Shown: positions 23,038-33,830 of the stretch, one piece after another
How positions within the stretch are numbered: the stretch's first letter is position 1
Layout of the letters: the number at the start of each line of letters is the position of its first letter
DNA from: Octopus bimaculoides
Taxonomy: Eukaryota
DNA length: 58,378 bases
Assembly: GCF_001194135.2 (NCBI RefSeq)
Contig: NC_068988.1
Location: forward strand, 65,110,111-65,168,488
Direction of reading: 5' to 3'
Position numbers and translations under genes: made by a program
The notes under the pieces: model-generated
Seen by the model: only the letters and a program-made list of their open reading frames with translations
Told to the model about the DNA's origin: nothing
Databases searched by the model: none

Positions 23038-23166
23038 TAACCTCAAAATTTTGCCAAATCTCTTTTATTCATTTGCTCGCTTTCAGCCTTGTGCTAACGG
23101 AGTGAAATTTGAAGTGGTTTTTAGAGTCTTCTGACATCCAGGGTATAGGTGCTGTTTCTCAGTACC

Positions 23167-23850
23167 ATCATCATCATCATCATCATTTAACGTCCCACTT
23201 TCCATGCTGGCATGGGTTAGACAGTTTGACTGGGGACTGGGGAGCCAGTTGGCTGCACCAGGATCCAGTCTGATCTGGCAGAGTTTCTACAGCTGGATGC
23301 CCTTCCTAACGCCAACCACTCCGAGAGTGTAGTGGGTGCTTTTACGTGCCACCGGCACGAGGGCCAGTCCGGCAGTACTGGCAACAGCCACGCTCAAATA
23401 GTGCCTTTACATGTCACCTGCACAGGAACCAGTCCAGCAGCACCGGCAACGCCCTCGCTCGAATGTTGTTTTCTACGTACTACCGGCACAAGTGCCAGTA
23501 AGGTGGTGCTTTTTACCTGCCACCAGCCCTGGCAATGATCATGCTTGGATGGTGCTCTTAGCGCTCCACTAGCATTGATGTCAGTCATGTGGTGCTGTCA
23601 TTGAATTTGATTTCGATTTCACTTCCTTCAACAGGTCTTCAAAAGCAGAGTTTAGTGTCCAATGAAAAAAAGGTATGCCTAAGTGGGCTGCTTACACCAC
23701 TGGCATAGGCCACAGGTTATGGTTTCACTTGGCTTGCCAGACTTCTCAAGCACAGCACATTTCTAAAGGTCTCGGTCACTAGTCATTGCCTTGGTGAGGC
23801 CCAATGTTCAAAGGTCATGCCCCACCACCGCATCCCAGGTCTTCCTAGGT
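23167..23850 (-). mobile_element. RTE family A, long 3' UTR plus last ORF2 codons
   Basis: From the (CAT)n tail to CCCAGGTCTTCCTAGGTCTACC (GRPRKTWD on the minus strand). Confidence 0.85.
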
Positions 23851-23868
23851 CTACCCTTAATTATAATT

Positions 23869-23927
<59 letters not shown>

Positions 23928-24289
23928 CACATACTACGAGAGAATACAACATGCCTGGAGGAACTCAGTATATGTAGTAGAATATCTTTTTATACCAAAC
24001 ACCTGAGGTGACACAGACTGCACTGATTGATGCAACACAAAATGCACAATATCCTACCCATAAGGGACAGCTGCAGGACGGGTCAAAATGATCTTTGCAT
24101 TGAATAAAGATCCATACCAAATTCATTTTCCATTTCCCTCTTCAATTATAAACTAAACAAACACTGCAGAATTCCTGATGTAGATCCAGTGAAAATTATA
24201 TCATGACTGTGGATGATATCAGGTAGCTCAAACCGTGAATGTGCTTTAATTAGCATGCTAAGACACATATACCCAAAGTCCAAATAATT

Positions 24290-24322
<33 letters not shown>

Positions 24323-25474
24323 GTATTATTTAAGATAAATAATGAAGAATGTAATTTGAACAGAGTAGTTTGTATGGATAATAGAAGCAATAATCAAAAG
24401 AAAAATAGTTACAATAGCAATGATTATCAAGATATCAATATAAATATTTAATCTGGATGACAACAGTGCAGCTGTGGAGTTGCAATTCAGCTCTCAGTGA
24501 GCAAAGTTTCACAGCCTGGTCTCATCAGTTCTTGGTCATAACTATTTCACTTCATTTACCTCGTTAATTAATGCTTACAAGTAAGCTACGAGCATCATGT
24601 AATTTCATTTCTTCCCACTTCGATCAAAGACCTTGTGTCAGTATCAGAAATCAATAGAGCAGCAGCAGCAGTAATAGCAGCAGTAGCAGTAGTAGTAGTA
24701 GTAGTACAATATCAATCATTTTTATAGTAACATCTATAATTTGGAGAGTCCAAATGTTATTTCTTGTATTTGGCAACAAGACAAGAATTTTGTAATTCAC
24801 TGAATCAATGGATTGAATCTTATTTCCTAGACAGTCCCTACCCCACCCCATAAAGAGCTAAGGTGGAGTAAATTTTTGTAGGATTTGAACCCAGATTTAA
24901 ATAATTAAATAATATAAGACATTCACTATTGGTCACTGTGGTATTTCTGCCATTCCTCTGCAAAAAATATTATGAGGTACAATAAATCAATAGATCAATG
25001 AGATCCAATCACAGATGATTGGTGATACGTAAGTTCTGATTCTGAGTTGCCAATCGCACAACATATTTCATTTATAGATTCAACATCATCATGATTGCTT
25101 TTAATGTCCCCTTTTCTATGCCTGCATGGGTCAGATGGATGTAAATTGCTGAGGTTGATTTTCTCCAGTCAAAGGTTCTTCATGTCACCAATCTTTACCT
25201 TTCAAAGCAAGGTAGTATTTCCCCTAATCCTCTAAACAGTGAATAACAAAATTGCTAAATGTGTTTTGCAGAAGAATGTAAGCAGGTACAATTTATACAA
25301 ATAGTAGCTTGTTTTGAATCAATATGCAAATGTCAGAAAAAAATGCAGTGACATATTACAAAACTTTATAACTATAATTTGAAAGATATGCATTGGAGCT
25401 CTTGAACTTAAAGAAAATATTCTTCCCGTTAAAATATTCTTCTTATTAAACAACATGGTCACCCCTGAGATATA

Positions 25475-25766
25475 CCATCATCATCATATCACATCCGTTT
25501 TTCCATTCTGGCATGGGTTGGACAGCTTGACAGGAACTGATAAGGCCAGGGACCGCACTAAGTTATATACTCTGTTTTGGTTTGGTTTGTATGGTTGGAT
25601 GCCCTTCTGAACACCACCCACTCCTCAGAGTGTTCTGGGTGCTTTTTTAACATAGGACCATCACAGATGCTTTTTAAGTGGCACCAGCACCACTGCTTTT
25701 TACATGGTACCTTGATTTTAGGATCTTAGTTCTATTGTGGTGGGCAGGTCTTCTCAAGTACAGCAA

Positions 25767-25770
<4 letters not shown>
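25475..25770 (-). mobile_element. Older family A-like 3' UTR fragment
   Basis: CATCATCAT..CATCCGTTTTCCATTCTGGCATGGGTTGGACAG...GGATGCCCTTC. Confidence 0.6.
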
Positions 25771-25803
<33 letters not shown>

Positions 25804-26245
25804 NNNNNNNNNNNNNNNNNNNNNNNNNNNNNNNNNNNNNNNNNNNNNNNNNNNNNNNNNNNNNNNNNNNNNNNNNNNNNNNNNNNNNNNNNNNNNNNNN
25901 NNNNNNNNNNNNNNNNNNNNNNNNNNNNNNNNNNNNNNNNNNNNNNNNNNNNNNNNNNNNNNNNNNNNNNNNNNNNNNNNNNNNNNNNNNNNNNNNNNNN
26001 NNNNNNNNNNNNNNNNNNNNNNNNNNNNNNNNNNNNNNNNNNNNNNNNNNNNNNNNNNNNNNNNNNNNNNNNNNNNNNNNNNNNNNNNNNNNNNNNNNNN
26101 NNNNNNNNNNNNNNNNNNNNNNNNNNNNNNNNNNNNNNNNNNNNNNNNNNNNNNNNNNNNNNNNNNNNNNNNNNNNNNNNNNNNNNNNNNNNNNNNNTAT
26201 ATATATACAGAGAAAGAGAGGAGTGGCTGTGTGGTAAGTAGCTTG

Positions 26246-26280
<35 letters not shown>

Positions 26281-26283
<3 letters not shown>

Positions 26284-27023
26284 TCATCGTTTAACGTCTG
26301 CTTTTCATGCTAGCATGGGTTGGACGATTTGACTGAGGACTGGTGAACCAGATGGCAACACCAGGCTCCAATCTGATCTGGCAGAGTTTCTACAGCTGGA
26401 TTCCCTTCCTAACGCCAACCACTCCAAGAGTATAGTGGGTTCTTTTACATGCCACTGGCACGAGGGCCCGTCTGGCGGTACTGGCAACGGCCAGGCTCAA
26501 ATGATGTTTTTTTACATGCCACCTGCATAGGAGTCAGTCCAGAGGCATTGGCAATGACCTCGCTCGAATGTTGTGTTCACGTGCCACTGGCACAAGTGCC
26601 AGGAAGGCAACGCTGGTAACAATCATGCTCAAATGGTGCTTTTTATGTGCCACCGGTACGGTAGCCAGACAGCTGCTCTGGCAGTGATCCCACTCAGATG
26701 GTGCTGTTAGGACTCCACTGGCACGGGTGCCAGTCATCGAATTTGGTTCAATTTTGATTTCACTTGCCCCCAACAAGTCTTCATAAGCAGAGTTTAGTGT
26801 CCAATGAAGGAAGGTTGGCATGGGTGCCAGTCGCTGAATTTGATTTGATTTCGAATTTGATTTCACTTGCCTCAACAGGTCTTTGCAAGCAGAGTTTTGT
26901 GTCCAAAGAAGGAAAGGTACGCAAGACAGGATGCCCCAAGGAGCTCCTCTATGCTGATGACCTTGCTCTAATTGCTGAGTCACTATCAGAACTAGAGGAG
27001 AAGTTTCAGGTGTGGAAGTAAGG
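26281..27023 (-). mobile_element. RTE family A copy with inverted 5' segment
   Basis: 26281-26923 is minus-strand 3' UTR. 26922-27023 is a plus-strand RT fragment KTGCPKELLYADDLALIAESLSELEEKFQVWK, matching 52769-52870. Confidence 0.85.
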
Positions 27024-27184
27024 ATTAATTAATTTTGCATTATCTTGTAACTTTAAAATTTCAAGGATGTGATTGTTTAGTTTTAGAATGACACTGTAGG
27101 GTGGGAGTGAGAGGACAGAACCAGTGAGCTTGAACATAAAACAGATAGAATATTTAGGACAGATAAGCCCATTTAAATAAACTT

Positions 27185-27325
27185 TATTTCTTAACTGGCA
27201 CTTTACTTTATCAACACTGAAAAGATGAATGGCAAAGTTGACCTCAAAGAAATTTTGAACTCTGAACATAAAAATCCAAAAGAAATATTGCTAAGTAATT
27301 TTATCCTACATTTTAAGATCTCTGC
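27185..27325 (-). mobile_element. SINE family E fragment
   Basis: AAAAGATGAATGGCAAAGTTGACCTC...TTTGAACTCTGAAC...GCTAAG, as in other E copies. Confidence 0.65.
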
Positions 27326-27342
27326 CAGTCTAATAATAATAA

Positions 27343-27900
27343 TGCCCGGATGCAGTACCAGGCAGTGGCTCTCATGGCTTCTGATCATAATTGATTGGAA
27401 GTGTTATCATGTACATTGTTTTGTCTTGGTATAAAAAGATGGGTTACAGCAAATATTCTGCTCAATGCCACAGATTTTCTAGTCAGTTGTTTGACCTTAA
27501 CCAGTTGTGCATGTCCCTTGGTGGCTGACGATATGTGCATCTCTGATCATGAGCAGAAGTAGTTGGGGAGCATCATAGCCATGTGTTGAGAGGAAGTCTT
27601 TGGAGTTTGAATAATTCACCTTTGAAAACATGGGTGTTTCGTTCAACATTCTTAAACAACTCTTATTTAGGGACCTTTTGAGTGAGATGGGCTACTCGAC
27701 CTGAAGAAAATTCTAACTGGGTCCCACCTGCAAGGTCATGCACTGTTTATCTTCATATGAGTTCACCATGTCGCTCACATATGGTTGTGATGCATGTGCC
27801 AGGTGTACCCTTATCAGACAGGTAGTCATGATGGATATACTGGACTTCGTATATTTTACCCCAGTGTCACTTTGATGGCATGCACTGCTCTCTCACTCGA
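27343..27900 (+). mobile_element. Unclassified 560-bp probable retroposon between (AAT)n and (GAT)n/(AAT)n tracts
   Basis: Higher-GC block bounded by trinucleotide tracts. No ORF and single copy in the window, so the classification is inference. Confidence 0.4.
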
Positions 27901-27974
27901 TGATGATGATGATGATGATGATAATGATGATGATGATAATGATGATGAAGATAATAATAATAATAATAATAATG

Positions 27975-28190
27975 TCAAATTTTGGGACAAGGCCATCAAT
28001 TTTATTTGAGAGGGGTTAATCAATTACATCTACTTCAGTATTTGACAGATACCTTATTTTAACAACCCTGAAAGGATGAAAAGCAAAGTTTATCTAAGCA
28101 GGATTTAAACTCAGAACATAAACAGCTGGAAGAAATGCCACTAAGCACTTTGTCCAACTTGTTAACAAATCTGCCAGCTTGCCACCTTAA
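27975..28190 (-). mobile_element. SINE family E
   Basis: Family motifs, with (AAT)n on both sides. Confidence 0.75.
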
Positions 28191-28191
28191 C

Positions 28192-28274
<83 letters not shown>

Positions 28275-28309
28275 TAATAATAATAATAATAGTAAATAAT
28301 AAATAATAA

Positions 28310-28522
28310 TGGCTTCAAATTTTGACAGAAGGCCAGCAAGTTTGGGGGAGAGGGCTAATCAATTACATTGACCCCACTACTTGACTGGTACTTAATTTAT
28401 TGACTCCAAAAGGATGAAAGGTAAAGTTGAGCCCAGAAGCATTTGAACTCAGAACATAAAGACGAAATGCCACTAAGTATTTTGCCCAGCATGCTAATGT
28501 TTCTGCCAGTTCATTGCCTTTT
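28310..28522 (-). mobile_element. SINE family E
   Basis: Family motifs, with (AAT)n on both sides. Confidence 0.8.
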
Positions 28523-28527
28523 TAATG

Positions 28528-28559
<32 letters not shown>

Positions 28560-28871
28560 TTTCAAAATACAAAGACCTGGAAATAGAGATAACTCGAATG
28601 TGGAATCTAAAAACAGAAACAATTCCTATCATAGTAGGTGCCTTAGGTATAATAAAAAAATATTCAGACAAATACATAACAAAAATAGCAGGACTTACAA
28701 ATATATATAACATACAGAAAATTGCACTACTGGGTACTGCACACATCCTACGCAAAACACTTTCAATACAGTAAACATAAGAGCACCACAGCAAACCACA
28801 GCACATACCCAAGGCGCACAGAGCTGCGCTCGGTAGTGAAGTGAAAGCACGTTATAAAAATAAAACTACTG
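28560..28871 (+). mobile_element. 5'-truncated R4/Dong-clade (RLE) LINE 3' end within (TAA)n
   Basis: Open frame 28562-28774: SKYKDLEIEITRMWNLKTETIPIIVGALGIIKKYSDKYITKIAGLTNIYNIQKIALLGTAHILRKTLSIQ*, typical of an RLE C-terminus. About 95-nt 3' UTR. (AAT)n at 28527-28558 and 28872-28895. Confidence 0.88.
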
Positions 28872-28895
28872 AATAATAATAATAATAATAATAAT

Positions 28896-29092
28896 ACTGT
28901 AGGCACAAGGCCTGAAATATTAGGGTAGGGATAAGTTGCTCACATCGGCCCCAGTACTTGACCGGTACTTAATTTATTGATCCCAAAAGGATGAAAGACA
29001 AAGTCGATTTCGGCAGAATAAGAACGTGAAGACAGATGAAATACCGCTAAGCATTTCTCCCAGCGTGCTAACAATTCTGCCAGCTCACCACG
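28896..29092 (-). mobile_element. SINE family E
   Basis: Reverse complement: GGTGAGCTGGCAGAATTGTTAGCACGC...GTCTTTCATCCTTTTGGGATCAATAAATTAAGTACC...GCCTTGTGCCTACAGT(ATT)n. Confidence 0.85.
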
Positions 29093-29879
29093 TTAACAAC
29101 AACAACAACAATTCTTTCTAACTTATTTTTTAAATATTGATGTGATACCTTTACTCTTGAATTGAAGTAAGTTATTTGTTAGTTTACTGTGAATACAAAT
29201 GGTTTTTGTGTTTTTTTTCTTTAATTTGTTGGCACCCTTCTTCAATCTGAAACTCAAAATATTCATGTTCCATAACACCCTCTCTGATTTTCTCCCCCTC
29301 CCTCTCTCCTTCAACCCTCCAATAAGTTATAAACACACTTTCCCTGGAACTGAATCTTTCAAAAAAACAAGGATCTAACCATATGTTTTCAACACATCTT
29401 CAAACATACATTTTAACTTCACACCACTACCACCACCACTACTACCATATCCCCTTCTCTGAATGAGTAGGTGGCAAAACAAACTAAGAGCATAGACTTT
29501 GTGTACAGAATGATATGTAACAATTTAAAAAAAAAAAAAACAAATGNNNNNNNNNNTGACAGAAAAAACAAATATAACAGCAATTACTATTAACTACATC
29601 TTCAAGTTACTTCAATGAACCGGTACTCACCCTTCCCCTTGCCTAAGAGGGAGTCTACTCAGGTTATGGCTACAAGAAACCCACCTCTCCTTGATGCACT
29701 AAATAACAGTTGTTCTGAGACTAATTGAGTGTTCTGCTGCCAAATTTTAACTTGCATCATATAGTATGATGACACTGTGTTCTATGTTAAAACAACAGCA
29801 GAAACAAACAGATGATATGAAGTGTGACCCAGCTGACCAATCAAACTTTAAGTAGTGCTGTTTATTAAGAGAATCCAGA

Positions 29880-30104
29880 AGGTGGCAAGCTGACAGAAGG
29901 CGGTGAGCTAACACTGAGCAAAATACTTAGCAGCATTTTGTCTACCTTTATGTTCCGAGTTCAAATTCTGCCAAGGTCAACATTGTCTTTCATCCTTCTG
30001 ACGTCAATAAATTAGGTAACAGTGAAACACTGGGGTCGATGTAATCAACTTGCCCCCTCCCACAAAATTTCAGGCCTTGCGCCTTTAGTAAAAAGAATTA
30101 ATAT
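29880..30104 (+). mobile_element. SINE family E
   Basis: TCTTTCATCCTTCTGACGTCAATAAATTAGGTA...CACTGGGGTCGATGTAATCAAC...GCCTTGCGCC, then an (ATT)n tail. Confidence 0.85.
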
Positions 30105-30334
30105 TGTTATTATTATTATTATTTTATGTTTGACTTTTGCTTTGCATTTGTACAAGTTGGATCCAAGTCTCACCCAGAGACCTCAAGAAACAACAAGTTA
30201 GAAGTTCATGTAGGTGTTATGCCTAGGGTACCATATATTTGAATTTGTACAGTGTTGTTCTAGAGAATGTTTAAGAAACCATAAGAAAATTCTGTGTTTG
30301 TTTTAAAATTTGGGATCACATAGACAGTATTTTA
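30105..30334 (-). mobile_element. Probable second R4/Dong-like LINE 3' end (rest in gap)
   Basis: Minus strand AAA ATA CTG TCT ATG TGA (KILSM*, compare RKTLSIQ*), about 195-nt UTR, then (AAT)n. Only five codons are visible. Confidence 0.5.
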
Positions 30335-31157
30335 NNNNNNNNNNNNNNNNNNNNNNNNNNNNNNNNNNNNNNNNNNNNNNNNNNNNNNNNNNNNNNNNNN
30401 NNNNNNNNNNNNNNNNNNNNNNNNNNNNNNNNNNNNNNNNNNNNNNNNNNNNNNNNNNNNNNNNNNNNNNNNNNNNNNNNNNNNNNNNNNNNNNNNNNNN
30501 NNNNNNNNNNNNNNNNNNNNNNNNNNNNNNNNNNNNNNNNNNNNNNNNNNNNNNNNNNNNNNNNNNNNNNNNNNNNNNNNNNNNNNNNNNNNNNNNNNNN
30601 NNNNNNNNNNNNNNNNNNNNNNNNNNNNNNNNNNNNNNNNNNNNNNNNNNNNNNNNNNNNNNNNNNNNNNNNNNNNNNNNNNNNNNNNNNNNNNNNNNNN
30701 NNNNNNNNNNNNNNNNNNNNNNNNNNNNNNNNNNNNNNNNNNNNNNNNNNNNNNNNNNNNNNNNNNNNNNNNNNNNNNNNNNNNNNNNNNNNNNNNNNNN
30801 NNNNNNNNNNNNNNNNNNNNNNNNNNNNNNNNNNNNNNNNNNNNNNNNNNNNNNNNNNNNNNNNNNNNNNNNNNNNNNNNNNNNNNNNNNNNNNNNNNNN
30901 NNNNNNNNNNNNNNNNNNNNNNNNNNNNNNNNNNNNNNNNNNNNNNNNNNNNNNNNNNNNNNNNNNNNNNNNNNNNNNNNNNNNNNNNNNNNNNNNNNNN
31001 NNNNNNNNNNNNNNNNNNNNNNNNNNNNNNNNNNNNNNNNNNNNNNNNNNNNNNNNNNNNNNNNNNNNNNNNNNNNNNNNNNNNNNNNNNNNNNNNNNNN
31101 NNNNNNNNNNNNNNNNNNNNNNNNNNNNNNNNNNNNNNNNNNNNNNNNNNNNNNNNN

Positions 31158-31545
31158 AACCAGATGACTACACCAAGCTCCAATCTGATTTGGCAGAGTT
31201 TCGACAGCTGGATGCCCTTCCTAATGCCAACCACTCAGAGAGTGTAGTGGGTGCTTTTACGTGCCACCGGCATGAAGGCCAGTCAGGAGGTATTGGCAAC
31301 GGCCACGTTCGAAATAGTGTATTTTACGTGCCACCTGCACAGGAGCCAGTCCAGCTGTACTGGCAACGAACTCGCTCGAATGTTTTTTCACATGCCACTG
31401 GCACAAGTGCCAGGAAGGCGATGTTGGTAGCGGTCACGCTCAAATGGTGCTATTTACGTGCCACCGGCACGAAAGCCAGACAGCTGGTGCTCTGGCAACG
31501 ATCACGCTCGGACAGTGCTCTTAGTGATTTACTGGTACAGGTGCT
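31158..31545 (-). mobile_element. RTE family A 3' UTR fragment
   Basis: Family consensus after the gap. Confidence 0.85.
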
Positions 31546-32424
31546 GGACCAATAATCTTTCTATAGATTTATTCATCATTATCATCATTTTAACATTTGT
31601 TTTTTTCCATACTAGCATCAGTTGAATTGAGACTTGTATTGTACAGTGACATGTTCTTATTACAAACATTTGTTTCCATTTAAGGAACTGATTTTTCACA
31701 TGACAAACCACAACAGCTGGGCATGTTTTCACAACAGACACAAACACATACACATATATCCTCATCTTAGCTACTGTTTTTCCCAGGTCTACTCTGACCT
31801 GAAGTAGTAACACATTAGTGTCCTAGCTATGGGTTAACTAGCACATGTCCTTTTGGATAGATGGAGTTCATCAGCCTGGAAAGTAGTCTGTTTAGGAGAA
31901 AGAAACTCTGATATAAAACCACAGCTGCCATGCAGGATAGCGTGAACAAGGCAGATCTCAATTATATCTGGGACATCTGACAGCCTGCTGCTATCACCCT
32001 AACCAGATCCAGCATGTCACCACTACCAGTGGTGCCACTAGTGAATGCTTGTGGCCAAGCGTGTGGGCCTTGTGATCACAACACATAGTCCACTCTAAAC
32101 AAAATCAATCAAAAGCCATCTGTAAGTTAATGCCGACGACACACATATATACACTCAAAGATATGATTGGTTTCTCTATGGTGTACATCTACCTATTTTA
32201 CTCACAAGGCATTTATCAACCTGAGACTATAAGTAGAAGGTACTTACTTGCCCATAGTACCATGCAAGAGGAATGAACCCAAACACAAGTGGTTGCAAAG
32301 CAAACTACTCAGCTATACAGCTGTAGATGTGCCTATGGCTATGCAGGTATCTGTGTAAAGTAGAATTAAATCAGCTAAATAATTATAATATATTGGTTTC
32401 AGATTTTGACACAAGGCCAGATTT

Positions 32425-32582
32425 TGACACATACGCTTCTTTCAGTTTCCGTCTACCAAATCCACTCACAAGGCTTTGGTCGGCCCGAAGCTATAGTAGA
32501 AGACACTTGCCCAAGGTGCCACACAGTGGGACTGAAGCCGGAACCATGTGGTTGGTAAGCAAGCTACTTACCACACAGCCGC
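32425..32582 (-). mobile_element. SINE family D head and core only
   Basis: Reverse complement of the family D 5' 160 nt. Confidence 0.85.
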
Positions 32583-33076
32583 TGTAAGGATTAGTATCAG
32601 GAAGAGCATCTCACTATAGAAAATCTGCTTCAATAATGCTTTGTCTAACCCAGGGGTGGGGAAACTTTTTAGTGCAGCGGACAAAAAAGGTCGTCATGCA
32701 GGTCACACGTTCTAACTCTTATATCTGTGTAAATCTTGTATATATCTATGTATAATTCAATATACACTAATAAAGATAAGTTTAACACATTAAATTAAAA
32801 CATAACATCTTCATTAATGCCGCCACTGAATTTAAGACACTTGTATTACCTATGAGGTATTCTATATTTTTCAGCTAGCATGTAGTTAGGCCTCAAAGAG
32901 GTGGTACAAACATTGCAATATGTATTTTGTAGTGATAACAAAATATGCATTCAAATGGCAATTACCGGATGATTTCTGTTTGAATCTGACCGTTTCAAGT
33001 CATAGTGGAAACACGAACTATGTCGCAAATGGACATACGGATATTGTATAAATTTTATAATTGGAAAATTTACTAT

Positions 33077-33376
33077 GGGCGTAGGAGTGGCTGTGTGGTA
33101 AGTAGCTTGCTTATGAACCACATGGTTCCGGGTTCAGTCCCACTGCGTGGCACCTTGGGCGAGTGTCTTCTACTATAGCCTTGGGCCGACCAAAGCCTTG
33201 TGAGTGGATTTGGTAGACGGAAACTGAAAGAAGCCCGTCGTATATATGTGTGTGTGTGTGTGTATGTTTGTGTGTCTGTGTTTGTCCCCCCAACATCGCT
33301 TGACAACCGATGCTGGTGTGTTTACGTCCCCGTAACTTAGCGGTTCGGCAAAAGAGACCGATAGAATAAATACTAN
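33077..33376 (+). mobile_element. SINE family D (3' end in gap)
   Basis: Family consensus from GGGCGTAGGAGTGGC. Confidence 0.9.
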
Positions 33377-33574
33377 NNNNNNNNNNNNNNNNNNNNNNNN
33401 NNNNNNNNNNNNNNNNNNNNNNNNNNNNNNNNNNNNNNNNNNNNNNNNNNNNNNNNNNNNNNNNNNNNNNNNNNNNNNNNNNNNNNNNNNNNNNNNNNNN
33501 NNNNNNNNNNNNNNNNNNNNNNNNNNNNNNNNNNNNNNNNNNNNNNNNNNNNNNNNNNNNNNNNNNNNNNNNNN

Positions 33575-33608
<34 letters not shown>

Positions 33609-33753
33609 ACATACATAATGTAGGTAGGGTAAAATCCAAGCTGTGTCCTCTTGAAGCACATCTGCTTATTCCAGTATTACAATCCAGTATGTAGACACTG
33701 CTGTTGTATGGATGTAAGGTACATATTAGAGTTGAAAACAGGAAGTTGGAAAA

Positions 33754-33830
33754 TTTATTCTCCATTACACGTTTCATTTGCTAATAGGAAGTTCCTATCA
33801 GCAAATGAAACATGTGTAATGGTGAATAAA
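33754..33830. repeat. Near-perfect palindrome (37/39-nt arms, 1-nt centre)
   Basis: TTTATTCTCCATTACACGTTTCATTTGCTAATAGGAA-G-TTCCTATCAGCAAATGAAACATGTGTAATGGTGAATAAA: 2 mismatches and one 2-nt indel. Confidence 0.9.

Larger units (their letters stand above)
22247..23166. mobile_element. Penelope-like remnant with direct and inverted pseudo-LTR copies
   Basis: 22247-22385 is directly repeated at 22778-22915. 22362-22630 is inverted at 22925-23166. The inverted block carries a hammerhead core. Confidence 0.65.

Noticed and set aside
28310-29092. Idea that family E SINEs are mobilised by the Dong-like element
   Set aside because: They lie in the opposite orientation relative to the TAA strand and share no 3' sequence, so co-location is better explained by target supply.
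29631-29698. Candidate minus-strand exon CIKERWVSCSHNLSRLPLRQGE with a gtgagt donor
   Set aside because: Modest acceptor, possible repeat origin, and no way to tie it to the other candidates.
32652-32672. CAGGGGTGGGGAAACTTTTT, resembling a hAT terminal repeat
   Set aside because: No matching opposite end or 8-bp TSD was found.
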